Positions 7,366 through 16,519 of a stretch of DNA of 64,000 nucleotides are shown piece by piece. The stretch comes from Candidatus Micrarchaeota archaeon. Its GTDB lineage: Archaea; Micrarchaeota; Micrarchaeia; Anstonellales; Bilamarchaeaceae. A program made the translations under genes and the position numbers. The stretch's first letter is position 1. Each line of letters opens with the position of its first letter. The notes below the pieces were generated by a model. The model was not told the origin of the DNA and did not search any database. It saw only the letters and a program-made list of their open reading frames with translations. Location: positions 704,001 to 768,000 of the forward strand of contig JBDRCX010000006.1 of the NCBI GenBank assembly GCA_043821365.1, given 5' to 3'.

Positions 7366-8670
7366 TTAAGGTTTATTTCTGTTCATTGTCCTGGGAAATG
7401 CAATAGCATCTTTGATATTGTCTAAACCACAAATCCAGCGCAATACTCTCTCTACTCCGATCCCATACCCGCTGTGTGGGACACTACCATACTTTCTAAG
7501 GTCAAAATACCAATCATAGTCCTTTGGGTCCCCGTCTTCTTTTTCTATTCTTTTCATCATGTCTTCCACATCTATGCTTCTTTGCGATCCTCCTACTATT
7601 TCACCATAGCCTTCTGGTGCAAGCATGTCAAAACATAAAGCAGTTTTAGGATCGTTTTTGTCTCTTGGCTTGTAGAATGCCATGATATCAGCAGGATAGT
7701 GGGTTACTACAATTGGTGTGCCAAAATGTTCCATAATCTTCTCTTCTTCTATTGTTCTAAGGTCTTCCCCCCATGGGTGTTCCATTCCTTCCTTTTCCTT
7801 GAGTATCTTCAACACATCGGTGTAGGTGATTGTTGGAAATGGTTTTGAAATTGCAGTTTTTAATTTTGCAACATCTCTTCCTAGGAATATAAGGTCTTTT
7901 TCATGTTTTTCAAGGACTTTTTCAACTAAAAATTTTATCTCATCCTTTGCAACTTGTACTACCTCGTCAAGTTCCATCCAGGGAGCTTCCATTTCTGCCA
8001 TCCAGAATTCAGCCAAATGCCTTGATGTTTTACTTTTTTCTGCTCTGAATGTGGGTGCAACGTCATATATCTTACCCAAACTAAAAATTGCTGCTTCTGC
8101 ATAAAGCTGCCAGCTTTGTGTTAGGTACATTTTTTCATCAAAATATTGCACTTCAAAAAGAGTCATCTTTCCTTCACATGCATTCGGAGATAATATGGGC
8201 GGATCAAACAAAGTATAGCCTTTTTTCTGGAAAAATTCATGTATCGCCAGAATCATTGTGCTTCTTATCTGAAGTATTTTTGTGAGTTTTTGGCTTCTGA
8301 TCCAGAGATGACGGACATCTAGCAAAAATTCGTCTGAAAGGTCCTTTGCAATTGGGAATGGTTCTCCTCTCGTAACAGTTTCAAATTTTTTGACATCAAG
8401 TTCATATCCACCTGGAGCCCGTTCATCTTTTTTTACTATACCTGAAACAATAACTGAACTCTCAATATAGGCTTCATTCGAATCCTTCCAGGAATTTTCG
8501 TCAACCTTGTCTTTTTTGATGGTTGTTTGAAGCACACCACTAGAATCTCTTAGTACTGCAAAAACCATATTCCCAGCACTACCAATTCTATGCCTATAAA
8601 TCCAACCACGAATAGTGATTTCACTACCTTCTAACTTCTCAGTAAAAACAGTATTAATATCAGTAATCAT
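7366..8670 (-). CDS. asnS: Asparaginyl-tRNA synthetase
   Basis: OB-fold N-terminus, motif 2 FRAEKSKTSRHLAEFW, motif 3 PHSGYGIGVER, and QLYAEAAI like archaeal AsnRS. Confidence 0.85.
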   Translation of the reverse strand: MITDINTVFTEKLEGSEITIRGWIYRHRIGSAGNMVFAVLRDSSGVLQTTIKKDKVDENSWKDSNEAYIESSVIVSGIVKKDERAPGGYELDVKKFETVTRGEPFPIAKDLSDEFLLDVRHLWIRSQKLTKILQIRSTMILAIHEFFQKKGYTLFDPPILSPNACEGKMTLFEVQYFDEKMYLTQSWQLYAEAAIFSLGKIYDVAPTFRAEKSKTSRHLAEFWMAEMEAPWMELDEVVQVAKDEIKFLVEKVLEKHEKDLIFLGRDVAKLKTAISKPFPTITYTDVLKILKEKEGMEHPWGEDLRTIEEEKIMEHFGTPIVVTHYPADIMAFYKPRDKNDPKTALCFDMLAPEGYGEIVGGSQRSIDVEDMMKRIEKEDGDPKDYDWYFDLRKYGSVPHSGYGIGVERVLRWICGLDNIKDAIAFPRTMNRNKP

Positions 8671-8786
8671 GTATCGAATTAGTTTAAAAAGAAATAAAAA
8701 GAAATGTTAGTTTCAAATAACGGCCAATACCGTAATAAATAACTATTCTCATATTTTTTCTTGTCACCATCTTTTTTGGTGATAAA

Positions 8787-9263
8787 ATGAAAAATTCATT
8801 GCTGGTTTGTTTGTTAATGGTTTTTGCATTTATGCAAAATATAAATGCAACCGAGCCATTGAGTACATACCCTGGCGTGGTTGTAAGTTCAAATTATGGA
8901 GTAAGTAATCTATCTGTTGTCCCTTCAGTCATATCTACTTGTCCTGCAGCTCCAATGTATGAACTTATTTGTCAGGATGGGTATCATGTTGAGATACAAT
9001 ATGATGAAAACGGATGCGAAATCGGACAGATTTGTGTAGCAGATTCAACCTGCCCCCCGGTTCCCATGTCCCAGCTAATATGTGAAGACGGCTATCATGT
9101 TGAATTGCAGTATGATGCAAACGGGTGTGTGATTGGTCAGGTTTGTGTAATTGATTCTACGTGTTCTTCAACTACAATGGATGATTTAGCTAAAGAAATC
9201 AATGAGAATAACAACTTAATCCGGGAACTAATAGATTTGTTAAAACAAATTTTCTCTCTCTAA
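8787..9263 (+). CDS. Secreted protein with two tandem 4-Cys repeats
   Basis: Signal peptide; two copies of CP-x7-C-x-DGYHVE-x-QYD-x-NGC-x-IGQ-x-CV; C-terminal coiled segment. Confidence 0.75.
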   Translation: MKNSLLVCLLMVFAFMQNINATEPLSTYPGVVVSSNYGVSNLSVVPSVISTCPAAPMYELICQDGYHVEIQYDENGCEIGQICVADSTCPPVPMSQLICEDGYHVELQYDANGCVIGQVCVIDSTCSSTTMDDLAKEINENNNLIRELIDLLKQIFSL

Positions 9264-9302
9264 TTTTTTTTATTTTAAAAATAGAAAATAAAAAGGAGAT
9301 TA

Positions 9303-9324
9303 AAAAAGGACCTTGGTCCTTTTT
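9303..9324 (-). terminator. Stop-anchored hairpin/T-tract element after EF-1alpha
   Basis: AAAAAGGAC-CTTG-GTCCTTTTT; a near-identical element lies at 59026-59047. Confidence 0.55.
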
Positions 9325-10597
9325 ATGCTGCTGCTTTTGGTACAACGTCCAACACAACCCCAGCTGCGACTGTTTGACCCATATCTCTAAGGGCAAATCT
9401 GCCGAGTGGTGGGAAGTCGGAGAACTTCTCAATAACCATTGGTTTTAATGGTTGGATTCTAACAACTGCAACATCTCCAGTCTTAATAAAGTCTGGTTTT
9501 GCTTGGGCTGTTTGTCCTGTTTTCGGATCTTTCTTCTCCAAAATTTCTACAACCTTACCTGCAAATTGTGCTGTGTGAATGTGGAATACTGGCGTATAAC
9601 CAATTGAAATTGCAGTTGGGTGGTTCAATACAACAATCTGTGCAGTAAATGTCTCTGCAACTTTTGGTGGATTTGAAGAAGGACCAATAACATCTCCTCT
9701 TTTAATGTCCTTTTTATCAACACCCTTGAGGTTGAAACCAACATTATCTCCTGGCATTGCCTCAGTAAGCTCCTGGTGATGCATTTCGATTTTCTTAACT
9801 TCACCTTTAGCATTTGATGGCATAACTACGATGCTGTCTCCTGGTTTCATCTTTCCAGTTTCAACTCTTCCTACTGGAACAGTACCGTGGCCAGTGATTG
9901 TAAAGACATCTTGAATTGGAAGTCTCAATGGTTTGTCAACTGGTTTTGGAGGTATTTTGAATGTGTCTATAATCTCCAATAAAGTTGGACCGGTATACCA
10001 TGGCATGTTTGCTGATTTCTTTGTTAAGTTGTCACCAGCATATCCAGAACATGGAACAAACTTTACTTCTTCTAACTTGTATCCAATTCCTTTGAGTAGT
10101 TTTTCAACTTCTGCTTTTATCTTGTCGTATTCTTCTTGTTTGTAACCAACTGCATCCATCTTGTTCATGTTGACTGCAAATTGATTAATACCAAGAACTT
10201 TTGCAAGAAATGCGTGTTCTTTTGTCTGTGGTTGAACACCGTCCTTAACAGAAACTTGAAGTACTGCAGCATCTGCTTGGCTTGCACCTGTAATCATGTT
10301 TTTAACAAAATCACGGTGGCCAGGAGCATCGATAATTGTACAATAGTACTTTGGTGTTTCGAATTCCCTGTGAGAGATATCGATAGTAACTCCTCTTTCT
10401 CTTTCTTCTTTCAAAGCATCCATAACGAATGCAAATTCGAATGTTGCTTTACCAACCTTGGAAGCTTCCTCCTTGAGCCTGTTGAGCACCTGTTCTGAGA
10501 TTGCTCCAGTTTCGTAGAGAATTCTACCAACTGATGTTGACTTACCTGAGTCAACGTGTCCTATAAACACTAAATTTAGGTGTTCTTTCTTTGCCAT
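9323..10597 (-). CDS. tuf: Translation elongation factor EF-1 alpha
   Basis: [29 protein letters not shown]; start MAKKEHLNL at 10597. Confidence 0.98.
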   Translation of the reverse strand: MAKKEHLNLVFIGHVDSGKSTSVGRILYETGAISEQVLNRLKEEASKVGKATFEFAFVMDALKEERERGVTIDISHREFETPKYYCTIIDAPGHRDFVKNMITGASQADAAVLQVSVKDGVQPQTKEHAFLAKVLGINQFAVNMNKMDAVGYKQEEYDKIKAEVEKLLKGIGYKLEEVKFVPCSGYAGDNLTKKSANMPWYTGPTLLEIIDTFKIPPKPVDKPLRLPIQDVFTITGHGTVPVGRVETGKMKPGDSIVVMPSNAKGEVKKIEMHHQELTEAMPGDNVGFNLKGVDKKDIKRGDVIGPSSNPPKVAETFTAQIVVLNHPTAISIGYTPVFHIHTAQFAGKVVEILEKKDPKTGQTAQAKPDFIKTGDVAVVRIQPLKPMVIEKFSDFPPLGRFALRDMGQTVAAGVVLDVVPKAAA

Positions 10598-10716
10598 AAA
10601 TTCATCTCCTTTTATTTTTTTTCTTTTAATAATAGCCAACCTTTAATAGAAAAAGGTAAACGTGAATTTATTCCAAGATGTTTTTAAAGCTAACTATTAT
10701 TCCCCTGTCGTTTTTT

Positions 10717-11199
10717 TTACACTTTTGCCAATATTACGGTGTAATTTTGTCCATAATGTTTAGCACAAGAAGGACACATCGTATAGAAAAAGTACATTTT
10801 ACTCATCTTCTTTTTCTTTGATTTTGTGTATTCTTCCATTTCGCTTACCCACCTACCCATATTTTGATAGGACCCCTCAAAGACTTTAGTTAGAAATGTA
10901 CCTGAGATTTTCTCCATCTTGGCTCCAGGTATCTCTTTATTCACTGCAATGTAAATATCAGAACCAAATAATGAATTTTCATCTGAAAGCATAAGTTGTT
11001 CTCCAAGTGCATCAGCTGATTTTATTTTTTCTATATTTTTTACAATAACCTGACCAAAATTCAAAGGTATGTGGAAAAAACTCATCACATGGTCTTTAAT
11101 AAATAATTTGTTCTTCCACTTAATTTCCTTTTCATTCCATGGTGTTGAGTTAAATCTGTTACAACAACCAGTTTCAGATTCTTCATATAATTTGTCCAT
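10717..11199 (-). CDS. Conserved hypothetical, GyrI-like small-molecule-binding fold
   Basis: ETGCC...HIPLNF...FLTKVFEG.Y...YTMCPSCAKHYG.NY pattern seen in a conserved family. Confidence 0.55.
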   Translation of the reverse strand: MDKLYEESETGCCNRFNSTPWNEKEIKWKNKLFIKDHVMSFFHIPLNFGQVIVKNIEKIKSADALGEQLMLSDENSLFGSDIYIAVNKEIPGAKMEKISGTFLTKVFEGSYQNMGRWVSEMEEYTKSKKKKMSKMYFFYTMCPSCAKHYGQNYTVILAKV

Positions 11200-11508
11200 A
11201 CTTATCCCATCTAAACTATTCGTTATATGGTTTTTTATAAATTAGTTTTCTTAACGATTAGAATTTCTAAAAAGAAGGGAGATGGTACACCAATAGGCTC
11301 CATCCCGCCTCCCACTCTTAATCTCCATTGTGGAGGAAAAGACTTTGTACTAAAAAAATTTATATAGCTGAATCTTTGTCTCTAAAAGTCAACATCACAA
11401 AATTTCTCTTTTTCCAATCAAAACAAAAAGAACTTCTATACCCAGAGCTCTCCCTTTCGAGTGTACAAATAAAATTTCGTTTTTAAATCTTGTCATCGTG
11501 ATACACAT

Positions 11509-12780
11509 ATGGTCAAGAATAAATCCTACCGTTTCAAGAAAAAAGATGATTCACTTCTTCCTTTGGCAGTTTCAAATCCAAAAAAAAATCCATACAGATT
11601 CAGAAAAAAAGATGAAAGCACTACAGTAGTAATTGCAGTGAGTTTATTGTTGATCCTAGTAATACTTTTTGGTGGTGCACTTCTATTTGTATTAAGTCAG
11701 AAAAGTGACCAACCAGTAATCATCCCATCTAATAATTCAACTTCTAATCTCACGAATACAACTAACACAACAATTGAATGTGGTGATGATTGCATTTACT
11801 TGAATGCAATTAATGGCAACAATTACTCAGCATGTCTACCTATAATGAATTCAACTATTACACAAATGTGTTTTGAATATTTTTCCAACGAATCACTTGA
11901 TGCATGTAAACTTGTTACTGATATGGAAAAGAAAAAAGTTTGTGTTACTAAGTTTGCTATGGAAGACGATAATGCATTGCTATGTGATCTCCTCTTAAGT
12001 GAAGGATATTTGGAATGTAAAGTACAAGTAGATCCATGTTATGCAGAGTTAGACCAAAATCTTTGTCATGCAGTAAATGAAAACGATCCTTCAAAATGTA
12101 AGTCAAATGATGAATGTTTATTGAATTATAGTGTTACTAACTCAGATGTTGATGGATGCGAACTTATTTCAGACGAAGTTATATCACTTGCATGTCTTTC
12201 AACAACTTCTGATGAGGATTATTGCAAAACTCTAACAGAAGGTCCAAAAACAGAATACTGTTATCAGCTTTACAGTGTTTTTGAAGATGATTATTCTTAT
12301 TGTAGTAAAATAACAAATCTTGAAGGTCCATACGCTCTAGATTGTTATTCTAATTATGCAATTAGTGAGGAAGATCATATAATTTGTAATGTATTGACTT
12401 TAGATCAAAGGTGGAAATGCTATACAAACTATTCACTTGCAACTGGTGATCTTGATGGTTGCGAGGATATTCATCTGCTTGCTGATACCAATCGTTTCAA
12501 TTGTGTTTTTACATATGCAAATAAGTATGGTAATCCATCTGCTTGTAATATTCTTGAAGATACAAGTTCCAAATCAGTTTGTTACCAAGGTCCAATAATT
12601 TATTCCCCACAGAATCTTGATTGGCAATACTGTGAAGATGTTTCAAACTCAGACTGGTCTAATAAATGTTTCAATGAGGCTGCAAAATTAAACCAAGATA
12701 TCTCTATTTGCAATTATATAGCTGTGGATTATGCAAAAGAAGCATGTAAAATAGCCTATGAAGTAAATAAAACAAAATAA
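11509..12780 (+). CDS. Membrane-anchored Cys-rich repeat surface protein
   Basis: Basic N-terminus, single TM, Asn/Thr linker, then regular C-x9-13-C repeats. Confidence 0.8.
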   Translation: MVKNKSYRFKKKDDSLLPLAVSNPKKNPYRFRKKDESTTVVIAVSLLLILVILFGGALLFVLSQKSDQPVIIPSNNSTSNLTNTTNTTIECGDDCIYLNAINGNNYSACLPIMNSTITQMCFEYFSNESLDACKLVTDMEKKKVCVTKFAMEDDNALLCDLLLSEGYLECKVQVDPCYAELDQNLCHAVNENDPSKCKSNDECLLNYSVTNSDVDGCELISDEVISLACLSTTSDEDYCKTLTEGPKTEYCYQLYSVFEDDYSYCSKITNLEGPYALDCYSNYAISEEDHIICNVLTLDQRWKCYTNYSLATGDLDGCEDIHLLADTNRFNCVFTYANKYGNPSACNILEDTSSKSVCYQGPIIYSPQNLDWQYCEDVSNSDWSNKCFNEAAKLNQDISICNYIAVDYAKEACKIAYEVNKTK

Positions 12781-12785
12781 AAAAA

Positions 12786-13433
12786 TTATTCTTTTGGTTG
12801 CTCTTCTTTAGGATCTTCTTCTACTGATATTTGTTCAAAGTAGTTTAGATCATAAGTGAATTCTTCGTATGATTTTATCTTACCCTGAGCCATCATCAAT
12901 TCTCTTGAGAGAATGTAGAATATAAGTGCAAGAGATCGTTTTCCTTTGTTGTTTATTGGGATTATATGATCAATGAATTTTGTTTCATTATCAGTATCAC
13001 ACAATGCAATAACAGGAACACCATTTTTTGCACTTTCTATTAATGCCTCATGTTCACCTTTTGGATCACATACCATCACAATTTTTGGTTCCATGAATTT
13101 TTCTACATTCATGTTTGTCATTGTTCCAGGTACAAATCGTCCTTTGACTAGGTTGACTCCAGTGAGTTCAGCAAATTTACTTGCAGGGTTGCTAGAATAG
13201 ACACGGGAAGCAACTATGCACACTTCTTCTGGTTTGTATCTTGCTAATATTTTTGCTGCACTTACCAGTCTTTCTGCACTTTTTCTCAAATCAAGTATGT
13301 AGAGGCCATCGTCTCTTCTTTTGAAGATATAGTCTCTCATATCACTTGTTCTTATCTTGGTGCCAATGTGTACACCGGCTTCAAGAAAGATTTCCTGTTT
13401 TACAGGCATTCCAGTTTTATCTGTTGTTGTCAT
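12786..13433 (-). CDS. rps2: 30S ribosomal protein S2
   Basis: AGVHIGT, GRFVPGTMTN, ALCDTDN, INNKGKRSLAL. Confidence 0.97.
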   Translation of the reverse strand: MTTTDKTGMPVKQEIFLEAGVHIGTKIRTSDMRDYIFKRRDDGLYILDLRKSAERLVSAAKILARYKPEEVCIVASRVYSSNPASKFAELTGVNLVKGRFVPGTMTNMNVEKFMEPKIVMVCDPKGEHEALIESAKNGVPVIALCDTDNETKFIDHIIPINNKGKRSLALIFYILSRELMMAQGKIKSYEEFTYDLNYFEQISVEEDPKEEQPKE

Positions 13434-13450
13434 ATTTTCATCCTCCTGTT

Positions 13451-13470
13451 GTCCTTTTTAGAAAAAGGAC
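13451..13470. repeat. T5/A5 palindromic element
   Basis: GTCC-TTTTT-AG-AAAAA-GGAC followed by CAAAAA. Confidence 0.7.
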
Positions 13471-13557
13471 CAAAAATCTGGTTTTGTTAAGTTTTCCTCT
13501 TCGAGGAAAAATGATTTAACTAAAATCCATCGGATTTTTCATCAACCAGTTTTTTAT

Positions 13558-13581
13558 GTCACTTTTTTCCAAAAAAGTGAC
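13558..13581. repeat. T/A palindromic element abutting the tRNA-Pro 3' end
   Basis: GTCAC-TTTTTT-CC-AAAAAA-GTGAC. Confidence 0.7.
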
Positions 13582-13836
13582 TGGGGCCGCTGAGATATGC
13601 TCCTCCCAACCGCAGGAATTTGTAGTTGAGAAGTTTGAATTTCTTGCGCTTTTTGGTAAAAAGCGCCCAAAAACTTAACTTGCTAATTTTTGCTCGCAAA
13701 GCTCGCAAAAATAGTGTTGCCACCAAAAACCCGATAGGGTTTTTCAACAAAGAATTTTGGAGCGCCTTTTTTCAAAAGGCGCACTCAGATAACAAGCACC
13801 CCAAGCTTGCAGGATACCAGGTTACCTCACGGCCCC
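13582..13836 (-). tRNA. tRNA-Pro(GGG) with two T-arm introns (about 13640-13783 at 53/54 and 13597-13634 at 58/59)
   Basis: Acceptor GGGGCCG/CGGCCCC-A; anticodon stem CAAGC/GCTTG with loop TTGGGGT; T-stem CTGAG/CTCAG. T-loop TTCAAAT is rebuilt from a 5-nt exon at 13635-13639, with BHB-like motifs at both junctions. Confidence 0.85.
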
Positions 13837-14050
13837 AAAGAGGGGACGGTTTTGAACTTAAAGTTCAAATCAACTGCCCCTAAACTTCTAGACATTTGGT
13901 GTGGAAGGTTTTAATATCTATTTTAAACTCGAATGCCAATCTATTTAAATGTTAAAATGTATATTTTATTCTAAGAAATTTGTTTTAAACACAAGTTTCT
14001 AACCCACATATGGGGGTATTTTGTTATCATTTAACAAAAATGGTGATATA

Positions 14051-14533
14051 TTGAAAAATAAGATAGATACTTTGGATCTTTTAATACTCAGGGAGTTAAG
14101 AGCTAATTGTAAACGACCAGTAAGGGAGTTAGCATTAAAACTTAGGATGCATCCAAACACACTTCTACAAAGAATTAAACGACTAGAGAAATCCAAAGTA
14201 ATACGTAAATATCATGCTGATATTGATTTCAAATCATTAGGATATGATATGCATTCAGTGGTTATGATAAAAATAAGAAAAAGCGGGCTAGAAGACGCAA
14301 AACTTCTCCAAGAAGTTTCTGATTTACCTGAGGTTCAATCTTTATACGCAGTTACTGGCGGTGCGGATTGCATTGCCATAATTAAAGCAAAAAACAGAGA
14401 TGATCTTGTACGTATTTTGAGAATTATACAAACACAACCTTCCGTATTAAGAACAACAAGTTACTTGGTTCTAATTACTTATAAAGAATCTGCAAGTTTC
14501 AATCCACTTACTTCTTTATCTGGAAGGAGTTAA
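14051..14533 (+). CDS. Lrp/AsnC family transcriptional regulator (copy 1)
   Basis: DTLDLLILREL...LRMHPNTLLQRIKRLE HTH plus RAM domain YAVTGGAD; TTG start after GGTGA. Confidence 0.9.
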   Translation: MKNKIDTLDLLILRELRANCKRPVRELALKLRMHPNTLLQRIKRLEKSKVIRKYHADIDFKSLGYDMHSVVMIKIRKSGLEDAKLLQEVSDLPEVQSLYAVTGGADCIAIIKAKNRDDLVRILRIIQTQPSVLRTTSYLVLITYKESASFNPLTSLSGRS

Positions 14534-16065
14534 TTCTTTTTTCTGAAACCATACAGGTAGTAAGCATTTCCGTATGATGGAATTATACCTTGTCTCAAAG
14601 CACCTTCAAATATTAAGTTTGCTTGGTGTTGTTCTATTAAAGTATTTCTAAGGTCTCTTTTTGCTATTGGATTGGTGCTAGTTGATGGGGGTGCCCATTC
14701 ATCTACAAATACTATTGCTCCCCCTGGTTTTAGTGATTCTATTGCATTTCGTACAAATGTTTCTCTTTCAGCTGGTTCCATATTATGCAGTACGCATGCA
14801 ACTATCACAGTATCATATTTATTAGCCGGGTCAATCTGTATCCCGTCTGTTCTAGTATCAAAAATTTCCCCACCATTAATTTTTCTTACTGATTTCCATA
14901 CTGCTGCTTCTCCATTTATTGGAGTGTAGCAGTCTACGAACACTTCATCAACCATCTTATATGTTGCAAGTATCTTTTCCAAGGCAAGTCTTCTTGCTAT
15001 CTGGACTCTGGCTAATCTTACTGGTGCTCTTGCAGCTTCAGTTTCAGTTGATGGTAGTTCCATTTGTCTTTGTTTAAGTTTGGCTGGGTCTTTTTCATAT
15101 ACCATCAAACTCATTGAGTGGTAAGCGTCAATTCTTAATTTGAATTCAGCCACAAATCTTGCTCCAGTGACATTCGACATTATCCTATCTCTTAAATCTG
15201 ATTTGCTTTCAACTGGTCTGAAATTTTCATCAAACTGAACCTCTATTGCAGGATCAAGAGCATTTTGACCTCGTTTTCTCGAAAGTTTTGCTGGCCATTC
15301 ATCTATTAATACAAAATAACCATGTTCTTCTAATTTTTTGAAAATCTCTTGTATAACCCTTGTCTTAATTCGCCTATGATCACTTGGTGGATCTCCATAC
15401 TCATTTTCACGAAGCAGCATAACTGGGTCTGCTATTAAATGTAATGTTTGTGATAAAATTGCCATGTGTATTTGCGCATCTAATCGCAGTTCTCTAAAAT
15501 CTTGTTGAGTGTACTCAACATCAATACCAAGTTCAGCAAGCTTTCTTTTTGCTTCTGCTTGCATTCCTGTTGAAATATCATTTGCAATGATTCTTAGACG
15601 TGCTATAGCTTCTGGATCAACTTCCCCCAATCCAGTTACTATACTCTCTATAACTGTTCCAGTACCACAACTCATTTCTAGTGTTCTACCAGTAAATATA
15701 TTTGTTTTACTAGTATCCATTCTTGATGCATGAACTGCAACTAATAGTTTGAGCAGACGTCTTATTGCTTCATCATGCTCTTTCATGTGGCCATCATAAT
15801 TTTTTCCAGCCCACTCATCGAACAAATCTGCCATACTTGTTTTTGAATAACTTCTTGCAACTTGTGCCATCCCGCTTTCAGCAACTAACTTGTCTATTGT
15901 TCTTCTTCTATCTTCATGAAGTGCTCTAAGTTGTCCATCTAGTTCAGGGTTTGCTCCTCTCTTGTGCATAGGTGGGTCTACGTGTGCTGCGCGTAATGTA
16001 CCGACACGGTGGCGTTTTGTCATTCCAACATCACGTCCACCCTTTGAAAGGTCTTGTATAGCCAT
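14530..16065 (-). CDS. Class I SAM-dependent methyltransferase-like protein with a second partial MTase domain
   Basis: LEMSCGTG motif I, NDISTGM, SQTLHLI, LIDEWP; second domain CVLHNM...LKPGGAIVFVDEW. Confidence 0.75.
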   Translation of the reverse strand: MAIQDLSKGGRDVGMTKRHRVGTLRAAHVDPPMHKRGANPELDGQLRALHEDRRRTIDKLVAESGMAQVARSYSKTSMADLFDEWAGKNYDGHMKEHDEAIRRLLKLLVAVHASRMDTSKTNIFTGRTLEMSCGTGTVIESIVTGLGEVDPEAIARLRIIANDISTGMQAEAKRKLAELGIDVEYTQQDFRELRLDAQIHMAILSQTLHLIADPVMLLRENEYGDPPSDHRRIKTRVIQEIFKKLEEHGYFVLIDEWPAKLSRKRGQNALDPAIEVQFDENFRPVESKSDLRDRIMSNVTGARFVAEFKLRIDAYHSMSLMVYEKDPAKLKQRQMELPSTETEAARAPVRLARVQIARRLALEKILATYKMVDEVFVDCYTPINGEAAVWKSVRKINGGEIFDTRTDGIQIDPANKYDTVIVACVLHNMEPAERETFVRNAIESLKPGGAIVFVDEWAPPSTSTNPIAKRDLRNTLIEQHQANLIFEGALRQGIIPSYGNAYYLYGFRKKN

Positions 16066-16184
16066 TTGTATTCCCTCAATTCGACCATCCCACCTCAACT
16101 TAATTAACAGTCTTTACCCTAATCTATTATGCAAAGCAAATATTTAAAAGGTATTGTTTTAGTTTATGGCAATTAACGTAAGTT

Positions 16185-16379
16185 CTAAACACGTGGATAA
16201 CGTAACACATTTTGCACAATATCCACATGAGACATAAACATACGTCTACAACAATAACGATCAACACCAAGTTCATCCATTATCACATCTGGTTTTTTGT
16301 CATTTAAAGACATCTTATATTGTTCATACAAGTGTCCAATGACAGAACCACACGTGAAACATCTTACTGGAAATTCCAT
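16185..16379 (-). CDS. rpoN: RNA polymerase subunit N (Rpo10)
   Basis: PVRCFTCG...RYCCRRMF. Confidence 0.97.
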   Translation of the reverse strand: MEFPVRCFTCGSVIGHLYEQYKMSLNDKKPDVIMDELGVDRYCCRRMFMSHVDIVQNVLRYPRV

Positions 16380-16443
16380 TTTTATTCACCTCATCGAAAT
16401 TCCTATTTCGATTAAGTAAAAATGTACATGCATTTTTACACTG

Positions 16444-16463
16444 CGCTTTTTAGAAAAAAGCGC
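16444..16463. repeat. T5-N3-A5 palindromic element, followed by a GTGGGG/CCCCAC hairpin at 16491-16506
   Basis: GCGC-TTTTT-AGA-AAAAA-GCGC followed by GCAAAAA. Confidence 0.7.
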
Positions 16464-16519
16464 GCAAAAATTTTTTATTTATTTTGGGGTGTGGGGTCTC
16501 CCCCACAAACAAACCAAAA

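Noticed and set aside
11227-11460. Short ORFs and a GAAGGGAGA/TCTCCCTTTC long-range pairing between two divergent genes
   Set aside because: The ORFs lack RBSs or overlap promoters, and the pairing is too sparse to call an RNA.
13451-13783. Clustered palindromes as a CRISPR array
   Set aside because: The copies are not identical, spacing is irregular, orientation varies and no cas genes are present.
13559-13883. ORFs 13559..13750(-) and 13626..13883(+)
   Set aside because: They run through the intron-containing tRNA-Pro and palindromic repeats.
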